Assembly (NCBI GenBank): GCA_024137785.1
Contig: JAHRHZ010000270.1
Coordinates: 11,720,788 to 11,784,787, forward strand
Direction: 5' to 3'
Source: Ginglymostoma cirratum
Taxonomy: Eukaryota
DNA length: 64,000 bases
Made by a program: the position numbers and the translations under genes. The notes under the pieces are model-generated. The model saw only the letters and a list, made by a program, of their open reading frames with translations. It searched no databases and was not told where the DNA came from. Position 1 is the first letter of the stretch; every line of letters starts with the position of its first letter. Below, in pieces: positions 1 to 13,529 of this stretch.

Positions 1-198
1 CTGGATGAACACAGCAGGCCAAGCAGCATCATAGGAGCAGGAAAGCTGACATTTCGGGCCTAGACCCTTCTTCAGAAAAAGGGTCTAGGCCCGAAACATC
101 AGCTTTCCTACTCCTATGATGCTGCTTGGCCTGCTGTGTTCATCCAGCTCTACGCTTTGTTATCTCAGATTCTCCAGCATCTGCAGTTCCTACTATCT
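1..198. mobile_element. Short fold-back element made of Penelope-like (PLE) termini, cut by the window edge
   Basis: Positions 1-69 are the near-perfect reverse complement of 79-147. Hammerhead-like core on the minus strand at 45-77. Confidence 0.85.
45..77 (-). ncRNA. Minimal hammerhead ribozyme-like motif
   Basis: Minus strand: CUGAAGA-A-GGGU(CUAG)GCCC-GAAAUGUC-AGC. The core boxes are intact; the helix III palindrome ACGU has decayed to AUGU. Confidence 0.6.
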
Positions 199-1189
199 AT
201 TAACATGCTCAGCTGACTTTTTTAAAATGGAGGTGAGTTGCCAATTTTGACCCACTGTTTTATGAAGAATGGGTCATGAGATGGGCATGATGGTATTGGG
301 CTAGCCAACATCATCATATTTCACATGGTCCGAAATGAAATGGTGAAATTCAACCCATTGAATACTTTTAATCATTCCACCTGGCTCACAGAAAATGTAA
401 CTAGTGGAATAGCTGGACCTATAAAAGATATTTTCAAAATAATGCTCATTGAAAAGCACATGCCAATAGTGCACCAGAGCTATCACAAAGATTACAGCAC
501 AATGTAATACTACAAAAAATTGTGTCTGTATCCCTTTAATTTTGTTTCAACACAGCAAACACATAACTCTCTCTTATATAAAGTACACTTCACAGTTCAT
601 CTTTGAAAGCTCCTTCTGTGACCTTAGCTGGAAACCGCACTCTAGGCACAGCTAGCAAGATGCAGACCTTTTACTTCAGTTCAGAGCAATTGCACATCTC
701 TGTCAGAATCACCTGCAGAGACTGACAGTAAACAAATTCAGGTATCTGAGTGATTTTTACTTGCGCAATGCAAAGTCATTCTCTGACTGAACACCATCAG
801 TAACCCATTAAAACCTCAGCTCAGAACCAGTTTCTGAAGGCAGTGTGTTATGTATGCACTTCCTCTCTAATGTATAGCTTCTGTCTATATCACAGCTATA
901 ATCTAAAGTCCAAGATTTTTTTGCGTATAGATAAAATCACGACCATGCACTAGTTCAGCTACATCTTAACGGCTTCCCTCTGTTATTGAGAAAGGAAGTT
1001 CTTGAATGAAGTGTTACCGTTGTGAAAATACCATCAAAATGAACTCCAGTTTCAAGCCCCTTATGTAACCCACACCTACACGGTTGAAAGATTTCAATTA
1101 CTGGAGAAAACTCCTCCATGCAAAATCCCTCGGAAATAAGCAGTGACACTTCTTCATTCAAATAAAAGGGGGAAAAAATCTGCAAACCA

Positions 1190-1295
1190 GATTTCAAAAA
1201 GAAAATGCTATAAAATACAAAGATCCAGCCAGCACCTGTGGAGAGAAGATTGGTTTGGGTGTGAACGTTTCAGAGATGGTCCTTTCGACAAACTA
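1190..1295 (-). mobile_element. Degenerate PLE terminal fragment
   Basis: Resembles the left arms of the elements at 22188 and 42372 (…cagcacctgtggagaga…aacgtttcag). Confidence 0.45.
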
Positions 1296-3149
1296 ATAGC
1301 AGTTTATGTTTCTCTTAAAACTCAATCACTATACCCATGCAGAGTAAACCAGATGTAGCACGGACTAACTGAATTCATCAGAAGTCCTCTTCACAAATCT
1401 GATATTTATTAAGTAAACACCGTATACAATACACTTTCATTGATGACAGTGCAACTCTGCAAATGATTAGAAACCTTGACTGTTAAAGGCTCCCCACCAT
1501 TTTTTTTGGAACCCTGGAATTTTACAGTGGTAGTCATCCATCCATCATGACTTTGCTGGCTCTCTGACAGAGCCATTCCCATAGGTTAATTCCTCTGTCC
1601 ATTCCAGGCATAAGCAGCAACTTAAGGGGACCAATGCTTGCCCAAGTTGCAACCAGAAAGAAAAATAGATCAGACCTTGTCTGTGCCTCTATATGGTTCC
1701 TACCACTTTTTGCAAGATGGACCGATCAGCACCTAGTAAAATGAAATCACTGTATGTAAACATGGAAAAGAGTGATTCATTTCTTCCTGCCAGGTCTTAT
1801 CAGCAAAGAACCCATTTAGCTCCTGTTTTGATGCATCCCTCTCGCTTAAAATATGAGTGAGCCAACCAAAGCTCAGTGTATTTCAACGTGTTTAATAACT
1901 AAAATAGTAAATAAAATCACACCACGTCATCACCGTTTATTGGAGGATGTTTTGTTTTTGGAAGTTTGACATGTACCTTTAAATTTACAGTTCCTTCCAA
2001 GGTCAGAGAAAACCAGCAGTAAATGACTGCCTGGCGTTCACTTTTTTTGATTTAAGCGTGACGCAGGAAATTTGCATGTTCAATGTCCAAATTGTGAAGC
2101 CTGGTGTGACAAATGCACCTCAAACCTTTTATATTTAAAAACATCCCTATCGGCTTTACTTTTATTGTTGAGCAATACACAACCTCTAATCAGGTGTTAA
2201 AGTTCAGTAGTGAATCAATTAATTTAAAACAAAAAATTGCTCGTTGCTACACATGGAAATCTACTGTACCACTAATTTATCATGCTGAAACTATATGCAT
2301 TAGAAATGCTGCAACTAAAATAAAGAGGAAAAATAGTTATCTATTTAATTTGTATTCTGTACATAATGCATTTTTATGCAATCATTTCTTGCGATGTTGA
2401 AAGCATTGCTCTGATATTGAATTCTTGACATGTGGCAGAAAACGTTGTAAGCAAAGCTCTCTGTCAATTACTGTGACGTCTGTGACATGCTGATGTCACC
2501 TCCTTTCATTGTGGCTCAGCCTTTGCATTCATGAGAGAAGAATGTTTTCTTCTTGAGTGACATGAAATGGTGGTAAATGGATAAAAGGAGTCTAAAGTAA
2601 GACTCAGTATCTTTTTGTCTGGTTTTGTAAACAAGCTTGAAGCCTTTTCCAGATGTTAAACAGATTTCACTATCATTTTTATTTTGGTCCAGGAAGGGAC
2701 CGAGATAGTCAGATTTTTTAAAATGTAAATATCTATAAACTTCAATTGTTGCAGGCACTATAACAGATATGATAGAATGCACCCGTATATCAGATCATAG
2801 ACAGTTAGTATCTATGAATGTTCAATGTGCTACTACAGTCAGAGAAAGACATCAACAAGCTAGAAACATCATTGTTCCACCACCTTCATACATCAGTTGT
2901 GAATGAACCAGCATATGTAGTTATTACTGTAATGTATGCTCAGTTATTCAATTATAGAGTCAGCAACATGCTCCAATACAATTGCTAAGATAAAACAAAA
3001 TTAGCGCATTAGCTTGCCATGTAAAATGATGATAGGGTGACAATAGCAGCTAAAGGAATGGTAGGGTGTGAAAATATGTGTGATCATAGGGCTTTTGGAA
3101 AACATAATGAAGGAAAGGAGGAACAATGTGGTATTGGATATGTGGAACA

Positions 3150-4465
3150 TTGCTGTACTAGAGAAAGAGGATGGCTTCGAGGGTTCAAGGACCGAAACTA
3201 TTTGTCTAGAATCAAGGAACAATAAGGGTGCAATGAAATTGCTCAGAGTAGTCTACAGACCACTAAATGGTAGGGGGATGTAGAAGTTCAAATCTGCAAG
3301 GAAATTACAGAAAGGTCAAGCATCATACAGTAGTTATAATGAGATGTTTAAATGACATAAATATAAACTGGCATGGTGGTAGTGTCAAGGGCAGTGAGGG
3401 GCAAGTTTTCTTTGACTATGTTCAGGAGAATATTCCTTGCAGTATGTGTTAAGTTCAACAAGAAAAGAGATGTAGCTGGACCCGGTTCCTGGGAATGAGA
3501 TGAGTGAAGTAGGTCAATGACAGTGGTCAGAACAATTCGAGGACAGTGATGATTGTATCATATGTTTCGGGTGAAAAAAAGACAATGAATGTCCACAGTA
3601 TAAATAATCAACTGAGGGAGAGTCGACTTCAATGGAGCAAGAACGGAGCTGAGTCAAATAGACTGGAGCCAAAGGTTAGCAGGGGAAAAATATCTGTAGC
3701 CGGACAATGGGTTGCCTTCAAAAATGAGACGGTTCATTTACAGTCAAAAGATATTCCCTTAAACGAAAAAGGTACATCAAACAAAACCGGAACTCCTTGG
3801 ATGCACATGTGCATAAGTCATTAAAGGAGGCAGGACGGGTGAAGTGTATGGTTAATAAAGCATATATTATCCAGGCATTATTAAAAGGGGTGCAGAGAAC
3901 ATGAACAAGGAGGTTATGATGAATTTACATAGAATATTGTTTGGCTCTTGGATGGAGTCTTGTGTACAATTCTGGATTCATACTTCAGGAGGGATGTAAG
4001 TTCATTGGAGAGAGAGAGAGTGCAGGGATGAGAAACTTCAATTATGAAGATAGTTGGAAAACTGGGACTTTTTTCTTGAAAGGAAAGGGTGAGGAGTAAA
4101 TTTGATTGAAATTTTCAAAATCATGAGTGGTCTGAACAGAGTAGACAGGAATAAACCATTTCTGCTCATGAAAGGATTGAAAACCAAAGGGCACAGATTA
4201 AAGCAGTAAGTGCAATGTGAGAAAAGTCTTTTGCACACAGCAAATGGTTTGAGTCTGAAATGCAGTGCCTGGACATGTGGTGGAGATAGTTTCAATTAAG
4301 GTATTCAAGAAAGACATTGGATGACTATTTAAATAAAAATCATGGTGCAGGGTTATGGAGAAAGGACAGATGATTGACACTAAGTCATGATGCTCAGTTG
4401 GAGAACCCATGCAGACATGATGAGTCAAATGGCCATCTTCTGCACGATAACAATTCTGTGACTTT
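3150..4465 (+). mobile_element. Old, internally deleted CR1-type LINE
   Basis: Decayed endonuclease-like (VVYRP, DININW) and RT C-terminal-like segments, ending in a CR1 3' tail (…aaatggccatcttctgcac). Confidence 0.65.
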
Positions 4466-5147
4466 GTGAAAGAGTCAGAAATCTATCATGGCACAGTTGT
4501 TACAGTATCATATACAGGTACTAATATATCATACGAGGCCACTATGCAATCATATAGTTATACCATACCTTTCCAAAAAGCTACTACTCTACTGTCTGAC
4601 ACAATTGCTACTGTACCTTCAGACATGTTCACCAGTGAATTATCATCTACGGACTCCAATGTAGCATCAAACACAGTCATTATTACAATATCATATAGAT
4701 CAGCCAGCTTTAACCATTTGAACAGGCGTGGTTATTTTTGGCACTGGTGTTTTACATACTCCTTATGTCCAAGAATATATTTGATATAAAATGAGTAAAA
4801 AGTCACCAATATGTTTTAGCAACGTAACAATATATAATTATCAAAAATAAAATCAAAGTCATAGTAACTATATACTGTTACGAGATTTGGGGTCTGGATA
4901 AGTATTGTCCCCCTATCTGAGAGAGAAGGTCCAGTTTAAGTACCTCTTGCCCTAGAGATGTGTCACAGCATGTTCAAACAGGTTGATTAAAATAACTATA
5001 TTGGTATAAATTATAGCTGTTATCAAAATATAGTGGCACTGGTGTTTGGTTATCACAATAACGTTACTTTCATATGTACACAATGAGCCACAATTACAGC
5101 TAATCTTTAATGGCCCAGTCCACGTTAATACGCCAATTATTTTTGCT

Positions 5148-5563
5148 TTGGCTCAGTAATAACATCCTGCCTCAGAGTTTAAAAAAAATTGAGAGTTCAA
5201 GGCCCACTCCAGAAGCTTGAGCATGTAATCCAAGGTAACACTTTAACACATTATTGAGGGAGTGCTGCATTGTTGGAGTGGCCATCTTTCTGATTACATA
5301 TTCAACCTGCCCTTCCTGCCTCTCAGTTGATCATAAAAGATCTTACAGCCCTATTAAGATGATCAGGGAACTTCTCCTGTGTCCTGGCCAATATTTATAC
5401 CCCAACAGATATCACTAAAATAAGTCATTCATCTCATCATTTCAGCAATCCAGTGGTGTATAAATTAGCTGCTGAATTTCTCCACAGTACAGCAGTGATG
5501 GTGAAGTCCTACTCTAATGATCAAGGTCATAAAAGATGTTGTATGAATGCAAATTCTTTCTTT
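5148..5563 (+). mobile_element. tRNA-derived Deu-domain SINE (SacSINE1-like)
   Basis: A-box-like TGGCTCAGT and B-box-like GAGTTCAAG, a central 'aaaagatc…tgtcctggccaatattt' domain and an 'atgcaaattctttcttt' tail. Related copies occur elsewhere in the window. Confidence 0.65.
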
Positions 5564-6714
5564 AACCATTGACACAGAATCACGGCAGCATATTTCAACT
5601 CGATCCATTCACCAAAGTACATCACTGTGGTGAATCAAAACATATCACCATCCTGTCATCATCAGTAGTCACCAATGTAAAATATGTTGCCCATCACCAT
5701 TTCCTATCATGTATATAGTCAAAAGGGAATACCTACTAACTAAGCTTCCAGCCTATCAGAAGAACTTCTAGACTCTGACAATTATGAGCAGTAATATGTC
5801 AAATGTTACTAAGCCATAACTTTAAACATCAGATCAACAGCATAACCATAATGTACAGACACAAATGAGTAGTAAGGACCATAGAGTTTTCCAAAGCAGT
5901 AATGCAATATTGTACTTCTGGCATTTTATTTAAAGCTCCTTTACAGTCACATTCCTAACATAAAGCTTTCACTAATTGGTTTGTAGTGTGCTACCAGTTT
6001 ATTGACATTAGCTAGTGGAACTGTATTCCCACTGGAAGCAAATGTCAACTTTAAAAAAATGCCATTTCTAACTTGTCAAGTTGCTTAGGGTATTGTAGTC
6101 AACATAATAGTAAATATTCCATTCATTACATCAAACATTGTGTAATTTTTTTACTGTGATTCTTGGTTGTTTAACATTTCTCAACACTTCCCACTTTTTA
6201 AAGCTTCACTGTTCCTAGAAATTGAAGCATTTGGTAGCTTAAAACATATATTATAATTTGGATACCTGTTAAGAGAAACAGGCAAATCTATAGTACAATT
6301 ACATGAAGTCCTAGATAATATCTAACTGTATTAGGATACATTTTTAAAATTCACTGCAGCCTGGAGCCTCACTGGGTGAAAATGTGGGTCAATCAAGACT
6401 TTACAGCATTAGTTATATACTCAGCTAGTGGTCTAGCAAGGCACCTCATTAGATTAGCCTTAGATATATTTTTAATAATAATTCACGTATTTGTTGTTCA
6501 TGTTCAGTAATGAATAAATATAGCTCCTCTTCATTGTAATGTGCTCTTTCTGCTTTGAACATACAATATGTTGTAATTGGTTACTCTCCACTTTACTTTT
6601 CCAGTCTTGTTATGCAAAATCTTTCTCCAAATGTTGATATTTTCTAATCATGTTCCATCATTTAAAAAAGTAATGCTTTTCAATTAAAATACGTCATCCA
6701 ATCCTATGTATTTA

Positions 6715-7030
6715 TAAATGCAGGTAAGGCCATTTGACCCCTTGTGCCACTGCTAGTACTATTACAATTGACCCATTCCCCTGTTCTTTCCCCGCAGCCC
6801 TACAAGTTTTACTTTTCATGCACACAACAGTTCTCTTTTGAAAGTTACTATAGAATCTGCTTCCACCACACTTTCAGACAGTGCATTACAAATCATAAAT
6901 ACTAACGACGTGATGAAAATTCTCTTCACTTATCCTCATTCTTTAATCAATTGCCTTAAGTGATTACTAGCACACACTTGTCTCTCCTCTCACAATGTAA
7001 GCACATTTCCCAATGTATTCTGTCAGATCA
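6715..7030 (-). mobile_element. Old CR1 3' fragment
   Basis: Reverse complement of CR1 3' tail motifs (aggccatttgaccc…tctgcttccaccacactttcagacagtgcatt). Confidence 0.5.
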
Positions 7031-7554
7031 TAAAGGCAGTTTGGTCCAAGTGACCTTCTCCCACTACTCCATTGTTAATCTAAAATCAACATTTAATGCC
7101 ACTCTCCAGATCCCACAAGACACTGCATTAATACATATTACTAATGCACAAAGAAACACCATTCATCGAAACTGATGTGTCCAAAGAAAGAAAGCATACT
7201 CCAACTTCAAGCAGCCATTGTCCAATGAAATAGCCCAAATCTTGGATTTTTCTGTTCCATCCTTTCCTATCTGCAGCCTTCTCACCTCAACTTTCACCTA
7301 GCTGCTATTCTGCCTATTTGCGACAGCCCCCTGCCGTGACTCAATCTGCTTTCACAACCCGTATGATTGAAGTTTCTTACTGATTAGCAATATCCTCAAA
7401 CCCATCAGGAAACAAAATTCAAATGAGTGTAACTATGGGCTGCCAATTATTTATCATCCATATTGCACCACCACCCATGAATAATTTCACCTTCGTTGTG
7501 AGATAAGTATATTAGTATATTGTGATATATATTAGTCACCTCTCATTGAATCCC

Positions 7555-7872
7555 CACAGTGTGGAAGGAGGCTATTTTGCTCACCAATTCTGCACCAATC
7601 CTCCAAAGAGCATCCCACCCATTCCTATTCCCCAACCCTATACCCTTAAAGCCACATTTACCATGTCTAATCCGCTAAGACTACACATCACTGGACACTA
7701 CAAGGCAATTCTACAGGCTTTGAGCTGTGGAAGGAAACTGGGGCCTCTGGCAGACATTGACACAGACATGAGGAAGACATGCAAACTCCACACAGACAGT
7801 CACCCGAGGCTGAATTGATTGCAGGTACCTGGTGCTGTGAGGCAGCAGTGTTAATCACTGAGCCACCATGCC
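7555..7872 (-). mobile_element. HE1-type V-SINE
   Basis: Minus-strand tRNA-like head GGCATGGTGGCTCAGTGATTAACACTGCTGCCTCACAGC, V-domain 'gtctgtgtggagtttgcatgtcttcc' and a CR1-like tail. Confidence 0.8.
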
Positions 7873-9369
7873 ACTTCTCCAACCAAACGTTACAGACTCT
7901 GGGGTTTTCAACCAATATCTTGCAATAATTTATAAGATTTTATTTTTCCTCATTCTGTGCCCACGAACAACAAATATCAGAAATCAGAATGATTAAACAT
8001 TGAGCTAAAATATTGAACCATGCCAGTTTTGGAATATTCAACGTACTCTGGCAATCCTGGGCTGCAGCAGACAGGCCCTTGAGGGTCTGACGGTTGCATC
8101 CCCACACCCCACCCCCAGTCTCCCCACACAATGTGCTCTATGTGTCAAAAATACAGAGTTGTTACTTTTTAGCGAAAGAAGTAATTTGACTTTAATTTCA
8201 AAGAACTGTATAATTGTTTCACCAACAGTTGTCCCATTAAAACAGAATATGACAAGGAAAAATGGCCTACTCATCCTGAAATTGGAAACATCATTAGTTG
8301 GATTTAGGATTCTATTTTCATCATAATTCAATGAAAAAAAACTTCCTTTTTCTTGGTTTAACGTTTTGCAATGGGGACAATAGGGAAGACACAATTAAGT
8401 GAACTGAAGCTGAAATCTAAATGTTTGCAATATAATTGATAATGGGCCCATCTTCGAAGTAATTAGCATTTAAGGGCTCTGATTTCAAATTACTGAAGCT
8501 TATTGATTAAAGATTATCCATACAGTACAATGTTGTGCAGGCATTTTCCTAGAACTAATCTTTGCTGATGCGGAAATTTGTGAATTTACAATTGTAGGAC
8601 GTGAGAAAGTGGCTAAACAATCAGGTAGGAATTTCATTTGCACAGTCAATGCTATGATGTAGAACACATTGCCTGAAGGGATGGTGAAAACAGATTTGAT
8701 AATGACATTCAAAAATTATTGACAATATACATTGAAAACATTGTAAAAATCAGAACTATAGGAAATAGCAGGCGTGAAACTAATTGGATAGCTCTTTATG
8801 AATGTAAAATAAATTACTTTACAAACGTTTCAGGAATTACATGTGTTATGCTGCTTATTGGTTGTATACACAGGAGACAGAGAAAACAAAGAAATCACCT
8901 GATGAACTGTATTCTGATTATCCTGATGCTATGCACCTATAGAAATCTCTTCCACATCCCCCCCAAAAAAAGAAGCAATAACCTTGCTTCAGATTTCAAA
9001 AATAAATACACAGAGGAACTTTGAAATTTAACCAAAGCAAAAGAAGCAGTTACAAGGAGGAACATTAACAGTGAATAGCTTCAAGTAGAGAAAGAAGCTT
9101 GTGCTGTCTTCCAGCTCTGCTCTCAGTAATTGCTGCTTGCCTAAAAGATATATCAGGTGTTGCCATTTGCAGCTTGTTTCTTTGGAGATTCTAGACAAAT
9201 TAAAAGGACCACAGTGACTTTTATTCTGGGAAAGTCCTCAGCCTCAGGAGTTGGTTACAGGTGACTCATCAGCATGGATCAACTGATGGCAAATCCTATG
9301 GCATGATGACGCCGATATTTACATCTTAACTTCTGGGACGCACCACATGTGTGTTTGTTCCAGCAATCC

Positions 9370-11030
9370 AAGTTGTTGGTTGGTTCGCCGAGCTGACTGG
9401 TTTTCGTGCAAACGTTTCGTCTCCCTTCTAGGTAACATTGTCAGTGCTGTCTAACCTCCATTGAAGCACTGTTGTTCTGTTCCGCTCTGAATTTATATGG
9501 TCTGGTCTGTCACGGTGGGTAGTCCTGTTTCCAGTTTTGCACTGTAGCGGTATGTAGATGGGGTTTATTTCGACATGTTTGTTTATCGCACCGGTGGTTG
9601 AAAACCAGGCCACAACGAATTCTCACACTCATCTTTATCTTGCTTGTCCTAGTACTGTTACTTTGTGCCAGTTAGCTGATGTCCTTCCACGTCAGAGTGT
9701 ATTGAAACAAGGGAGAATTGGTCATGCCGTTTTGCTGTAAGTTGGTGTCTATGTATCCTGGTAGCGAGTTTCCTGTCCGTCTGTCCTATGTAGTGTTTCT
9801 CGCAGTTGCTGCATGGTATTTTATACATCACATTTGCTCATTGTGGGTATTGGGGTCTTTCGTTTTTGAGAGTAACTGGCGAAGTGTAGCTGTTGCTTTG
9901 TGTGCTATCATTATTCCAAGAGGTTATAGGAGTTTTGTAGTCAGTTCCGATGCATTTCTAATATAGGGTAGGGTAGCCAGTGTGTTGAGGCTTACAGTGT
10001 CTTCTTGATGTTGTTTATTTGCCAACAATCGGTGGACAAAGCTGTGAGGATACTCATTGTTCATAAAGACTCTGTATCGATGTTCCTCTTTGTTTTTGCA
10101 CAGTCCCAGGGTGTTCCAGTGTGTTATCGTTTGTTTACACAAAGCCTTGACACAGCTCAATTTGTGGATGCTGGAGTGGATACTGTTGTAATTCAGGATT
10201 CGGTCTGTATGTATAGTCTTTCTGTACACACTGATGAGGAATTCACCATTGCTCAATCGTTCCACTGTTATATGTCTAGAAATAGGGGCTGATTGTTGTT
10301 CTCTTCTTCCCTGGTGAACTTGATCCCAGTGAATATGCTGCTAATAAGGTGATATGTTTCTTCCAACTTTGCTTGTTTAATGATCACAAAAGTATCATCC
10401 ACGTACCTAATCCATAGTTTAGGCTGGGTCTGGGGAAGGGCTATGCATTCAAGTCTTTGCATAACAGCTTCTGCTATGAGACCCAAGAATGGTGAACCCA
10501 TGGATGTCCCATTAAATTTGTTCATATAACTGACTGTTGAAGACGAAATGCATGGTAAGGCATATGTCTGGTAATTTTAGTATGTTGTCCTTGTTAATAG
10601 TTTCATTGGAGTTTTGTGTTCTCAGGTTGTCTAATAATGTGGCCTGTGTCTCCATTGCTGGAGTCATGTTGATAGAGGTGAATAGTGCTGTAACATCGAA
10701 GGAGACCATCATTTCCTCCTTGTTGATTATTATGTTTCTGATGTTATCCAGGAATTCCTGTGCTGAGAATATGGACAAAGTTGATCCATTGGTGAGGTAT
10801 TTCAGTCTTTATTGTAACTCCTTGGCTAGCCTGTGTGTCATTGTGCCGAGCAGAGAAACTATGGGTTTGAGGGGGTTGTCCAGTTTGCGTACCTTTGGTA
10901 GTCTGTAGTAACGGGGGGGGAGCGCTGTTTGACCCCCCCAGTGAAAGACAAGCAGGACACTCACTGCCAGGATACATGAAAACCAACTTGCAGCAAAACG
11001 GCAAAACCAATTCTCTGTCTTGAACCATTC
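9370..11030 (-). mobile_element. Penelope-like retroelement (RT + GIY-YIG endonuclease), frameshifted and 5'-truncated, with an inverted 5' fragment
   Basis: Minus-strand ORF pieces SFDVTALFTSI, GTSMGSP, LWIRYVDDTFVII, SVYRKTIHTDRILNY and TLPYIRNASE, with a frameshifted …HYIGQT… endonuclease region near 9780-9830. Positions 10945-11015 are an inverted copy of 9715-9790. Confidence 0.9.
9408..9447 (-). ncRNA. Degenerate hammerhead ribozyme at the 3' end of the PLE
   Basis: Minus strand: GCA-CUGACAA-U-GUUACC(UAGAAG)GGAGAC-GAAACGUU-UGC. Helix I GCA/UGC pairs; the core G8 is mutated. Confidence 0.6.
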
Positions 11031-12329
11031 TCGGAACACTCTACTCAGAATAGAAGTGAGGATGTCTTCACCTTTAAAGTTATGAGAACAATCACATTTG
11101 ATAGCAGGGTATTGCCATGTAATTCACAAAGGTCAGCTCCAACTATTGACAAAGGCCTAACTATGGTCTTGTGTCATAATTCCTTACTTAGAGAACTCCA
11201 ACACGTCAAACAGATACCGCATTTCGGAATGTGTTGTTTAAGTTTGGCTGATATCCTGAGTCAATAATCACAGATGCTGCAGGCCCGACCTTCTATGACT
11301 AAGCCTGCTGAATGAACAACTGAAATTTTTTTTTTGTAAGGTAACAGGTACTATTAATTGTTGTCCTTTGAATAGTAATCTTCTTGGAAAGTTAGTTTAT
11401 CTTGAAAGTTAAAGTACTGGATAAATACTTCAGATATCTCTGACTTGATACAGGACTTACCGTGCCAAATAATAATCTGCAATTATTTCTGCACCAAGTC
11501 ATCCATTGCAGCTTGGTTAAAGCTGTTTCCAGTGTGAATCTTCAACTGGAAGTAATCCATGATTATCAATTTCTGGTTTTAAAATTAAAATCACAAGTGA
11601 CAGCATCTGGTAGGTATTGGCAAACTATCCACTACGACCACCTTTTGTAGTGTCTTATAAGTTACTTTCCGATAAAGTTTTTTAAGTCTTAACACTATTC
11701 TTTGAAATATCTAAGGCACTGTGTACAACTTTGATTAGATCCCCACACAGTCCTTATCCTGTGGCAAGGTGTCCTATAAATTAGGCCCGACAAAGTATCA
11801 TTTTATCAGTTCGTAACACCACACCATGATCATTGCAGCTATGTAGGGAAATGTTTGGATTTCATAATGGTCTTGACTCAATATTTCAAACATTTCTCTG
11901 AAACCAACCGTCACAAAATCTTCTGCAAAATATTTGCAGCCATTCAGTCAGCTCATGTATCTTTTGTTGGAAAATTTATGGCAATCTCTTATTCCCAACA
12001 CATCCAGCAGTGTTGTCCTTCAGGTTTATAGAATCATGTCAGATAATATCATGGCAGATATATATGCATTGAGACACATTTTCCAAAATCCATCTTAGAC
12101 ATCAAGAAGCATGAAGACTTGAGACTGAACTAAAGATGTGGCTACAGTTTTAATAATTGGTCAAGTATGATGGTCTCACTTGATAGTGTTTAGGATTTAA
12201 GTAGAAATGTAGCATATCATTCTGGTTAGGTATAGCTGCCATAAAACTGATCCATGAAACTGATATTATTCCAGGAACAATGATCTTTTGTCTGACCAGG
12301 CCATTAAAGTTTTCCTCCAGCTTAGCCTT

Positions 12330-13215
12330 TAAAACTGTTGGTACATATCATGAGACAAAACAAGATGGAAATTAAGCTTTATGAGGAGGGCATAAAAGGG
12401 CTGCAAAGAGGTGTGGATATGTTAAGTGATTGGACAACAAGGTGAAAAATGGACAAAGTTGTGGGGAATTTATTTGATTGCAATAAAAAAATTAGCTTTT
12501 TTGTTCTAAGGCATGAACTTGTAAATCTCAATGTTCAGAAAAACTTTGGTGTATTATACAAAAGTTAGCATGCATGCACAATAAACAAGAAATTCAGAAA
12601 GTAAAAGACATGTGGCCTTTGTAATAAAAAAAGGTTGAAGTAGAAGAATAAAGAGGTTTTACAACAACTGAATGAGGTTTTGGTGAGATCATAACTGGAA
12701 TGACGTGTGCAATTTTGGTCTACATATCTACAAGAAGACATATACTCACATTTGAAGCAGAACAGTAACAGTTCACGAGTTTAGTCACTGGAATGGGTAA
12801 TTTGAGTTTATATTCTCTGCAGTTTAGAAGCACAAGACATGATCTCAGTGGACATTACAGATTATGACAGGGGCTTAAGAGAATAGAATCTTTATTTCTT
12901 CTAACTGGAGAATCTAGAACAAGATGGCACTGTTTTAGGATATGAGGCTAATCAGTTCTGTCTGAGTTAAGGAGAAATGTATTCATTTAGAGGTTTGAAA
13001 ATCTTTGGAATTCTTTGCCCCAGAGAATTGTGGATGTGCCATCTTTGAACATAATTAAGGGTGGGATAGGCAGATCTTTGGTCTCTCAACAAAATCAAAG
13101 ACTATGGGAAATAGGCAGGAAAGTAAAATTGAAACCAGGATCATGTTAAATGGTCAAAAAGATTCAATGGAATGAGTGATCGTATCCAGTTCCTAATCCG
13201 TCTATTTTCGTATTC
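12330..13215 (+). mobile_element. Old CR1 LINE 3' part
   Basis: Decayed RT C-terminal pattern and CR1 tail, similar to 23780-24790. Confidence 0.6.
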
Positions 13216-13529
13216 TAATGAGATATGTTGGTCTGGATCTACTGCTTTGTCAAGCCTAATTCAGTATTTTCACTCAAGTTGTCATACTCAAATCTCAGAA
13301 TACTTGAGGATATTGACTTTTGCTCATTAATCATGTTTACCATTACTCCAATAGATGGTATCTAATGTTATATTGTGCAACAATATCAGTTTGAAATCTG
13401 TGATGACTGCCAGAGTCCAGCTTAATTATAACACATTTTGAACCATTTAACCATTTGCACTGATCACACTGATGACAAAGAACTATTTTTCCCTTAGTTT
13501 TGTCCGTCTGTGCACAGGTAGTGTAATAA

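Noticed and set aside
1-198. Fold-backs as miRNA precursors or DNA-transposon MITEs
   Set aside because: The arms are homologous to the termini of the GIY-YIG-encoding elements at 30545 and 53549-55355. The arms are of unequal length and the TSD lengths vary (11-15 bp), unlike cut-and-paste transposons.
7800-7872. tRNA gene
   Set aside because: It is a SINE head with a degenerate B-box, continuous with the V-domain.
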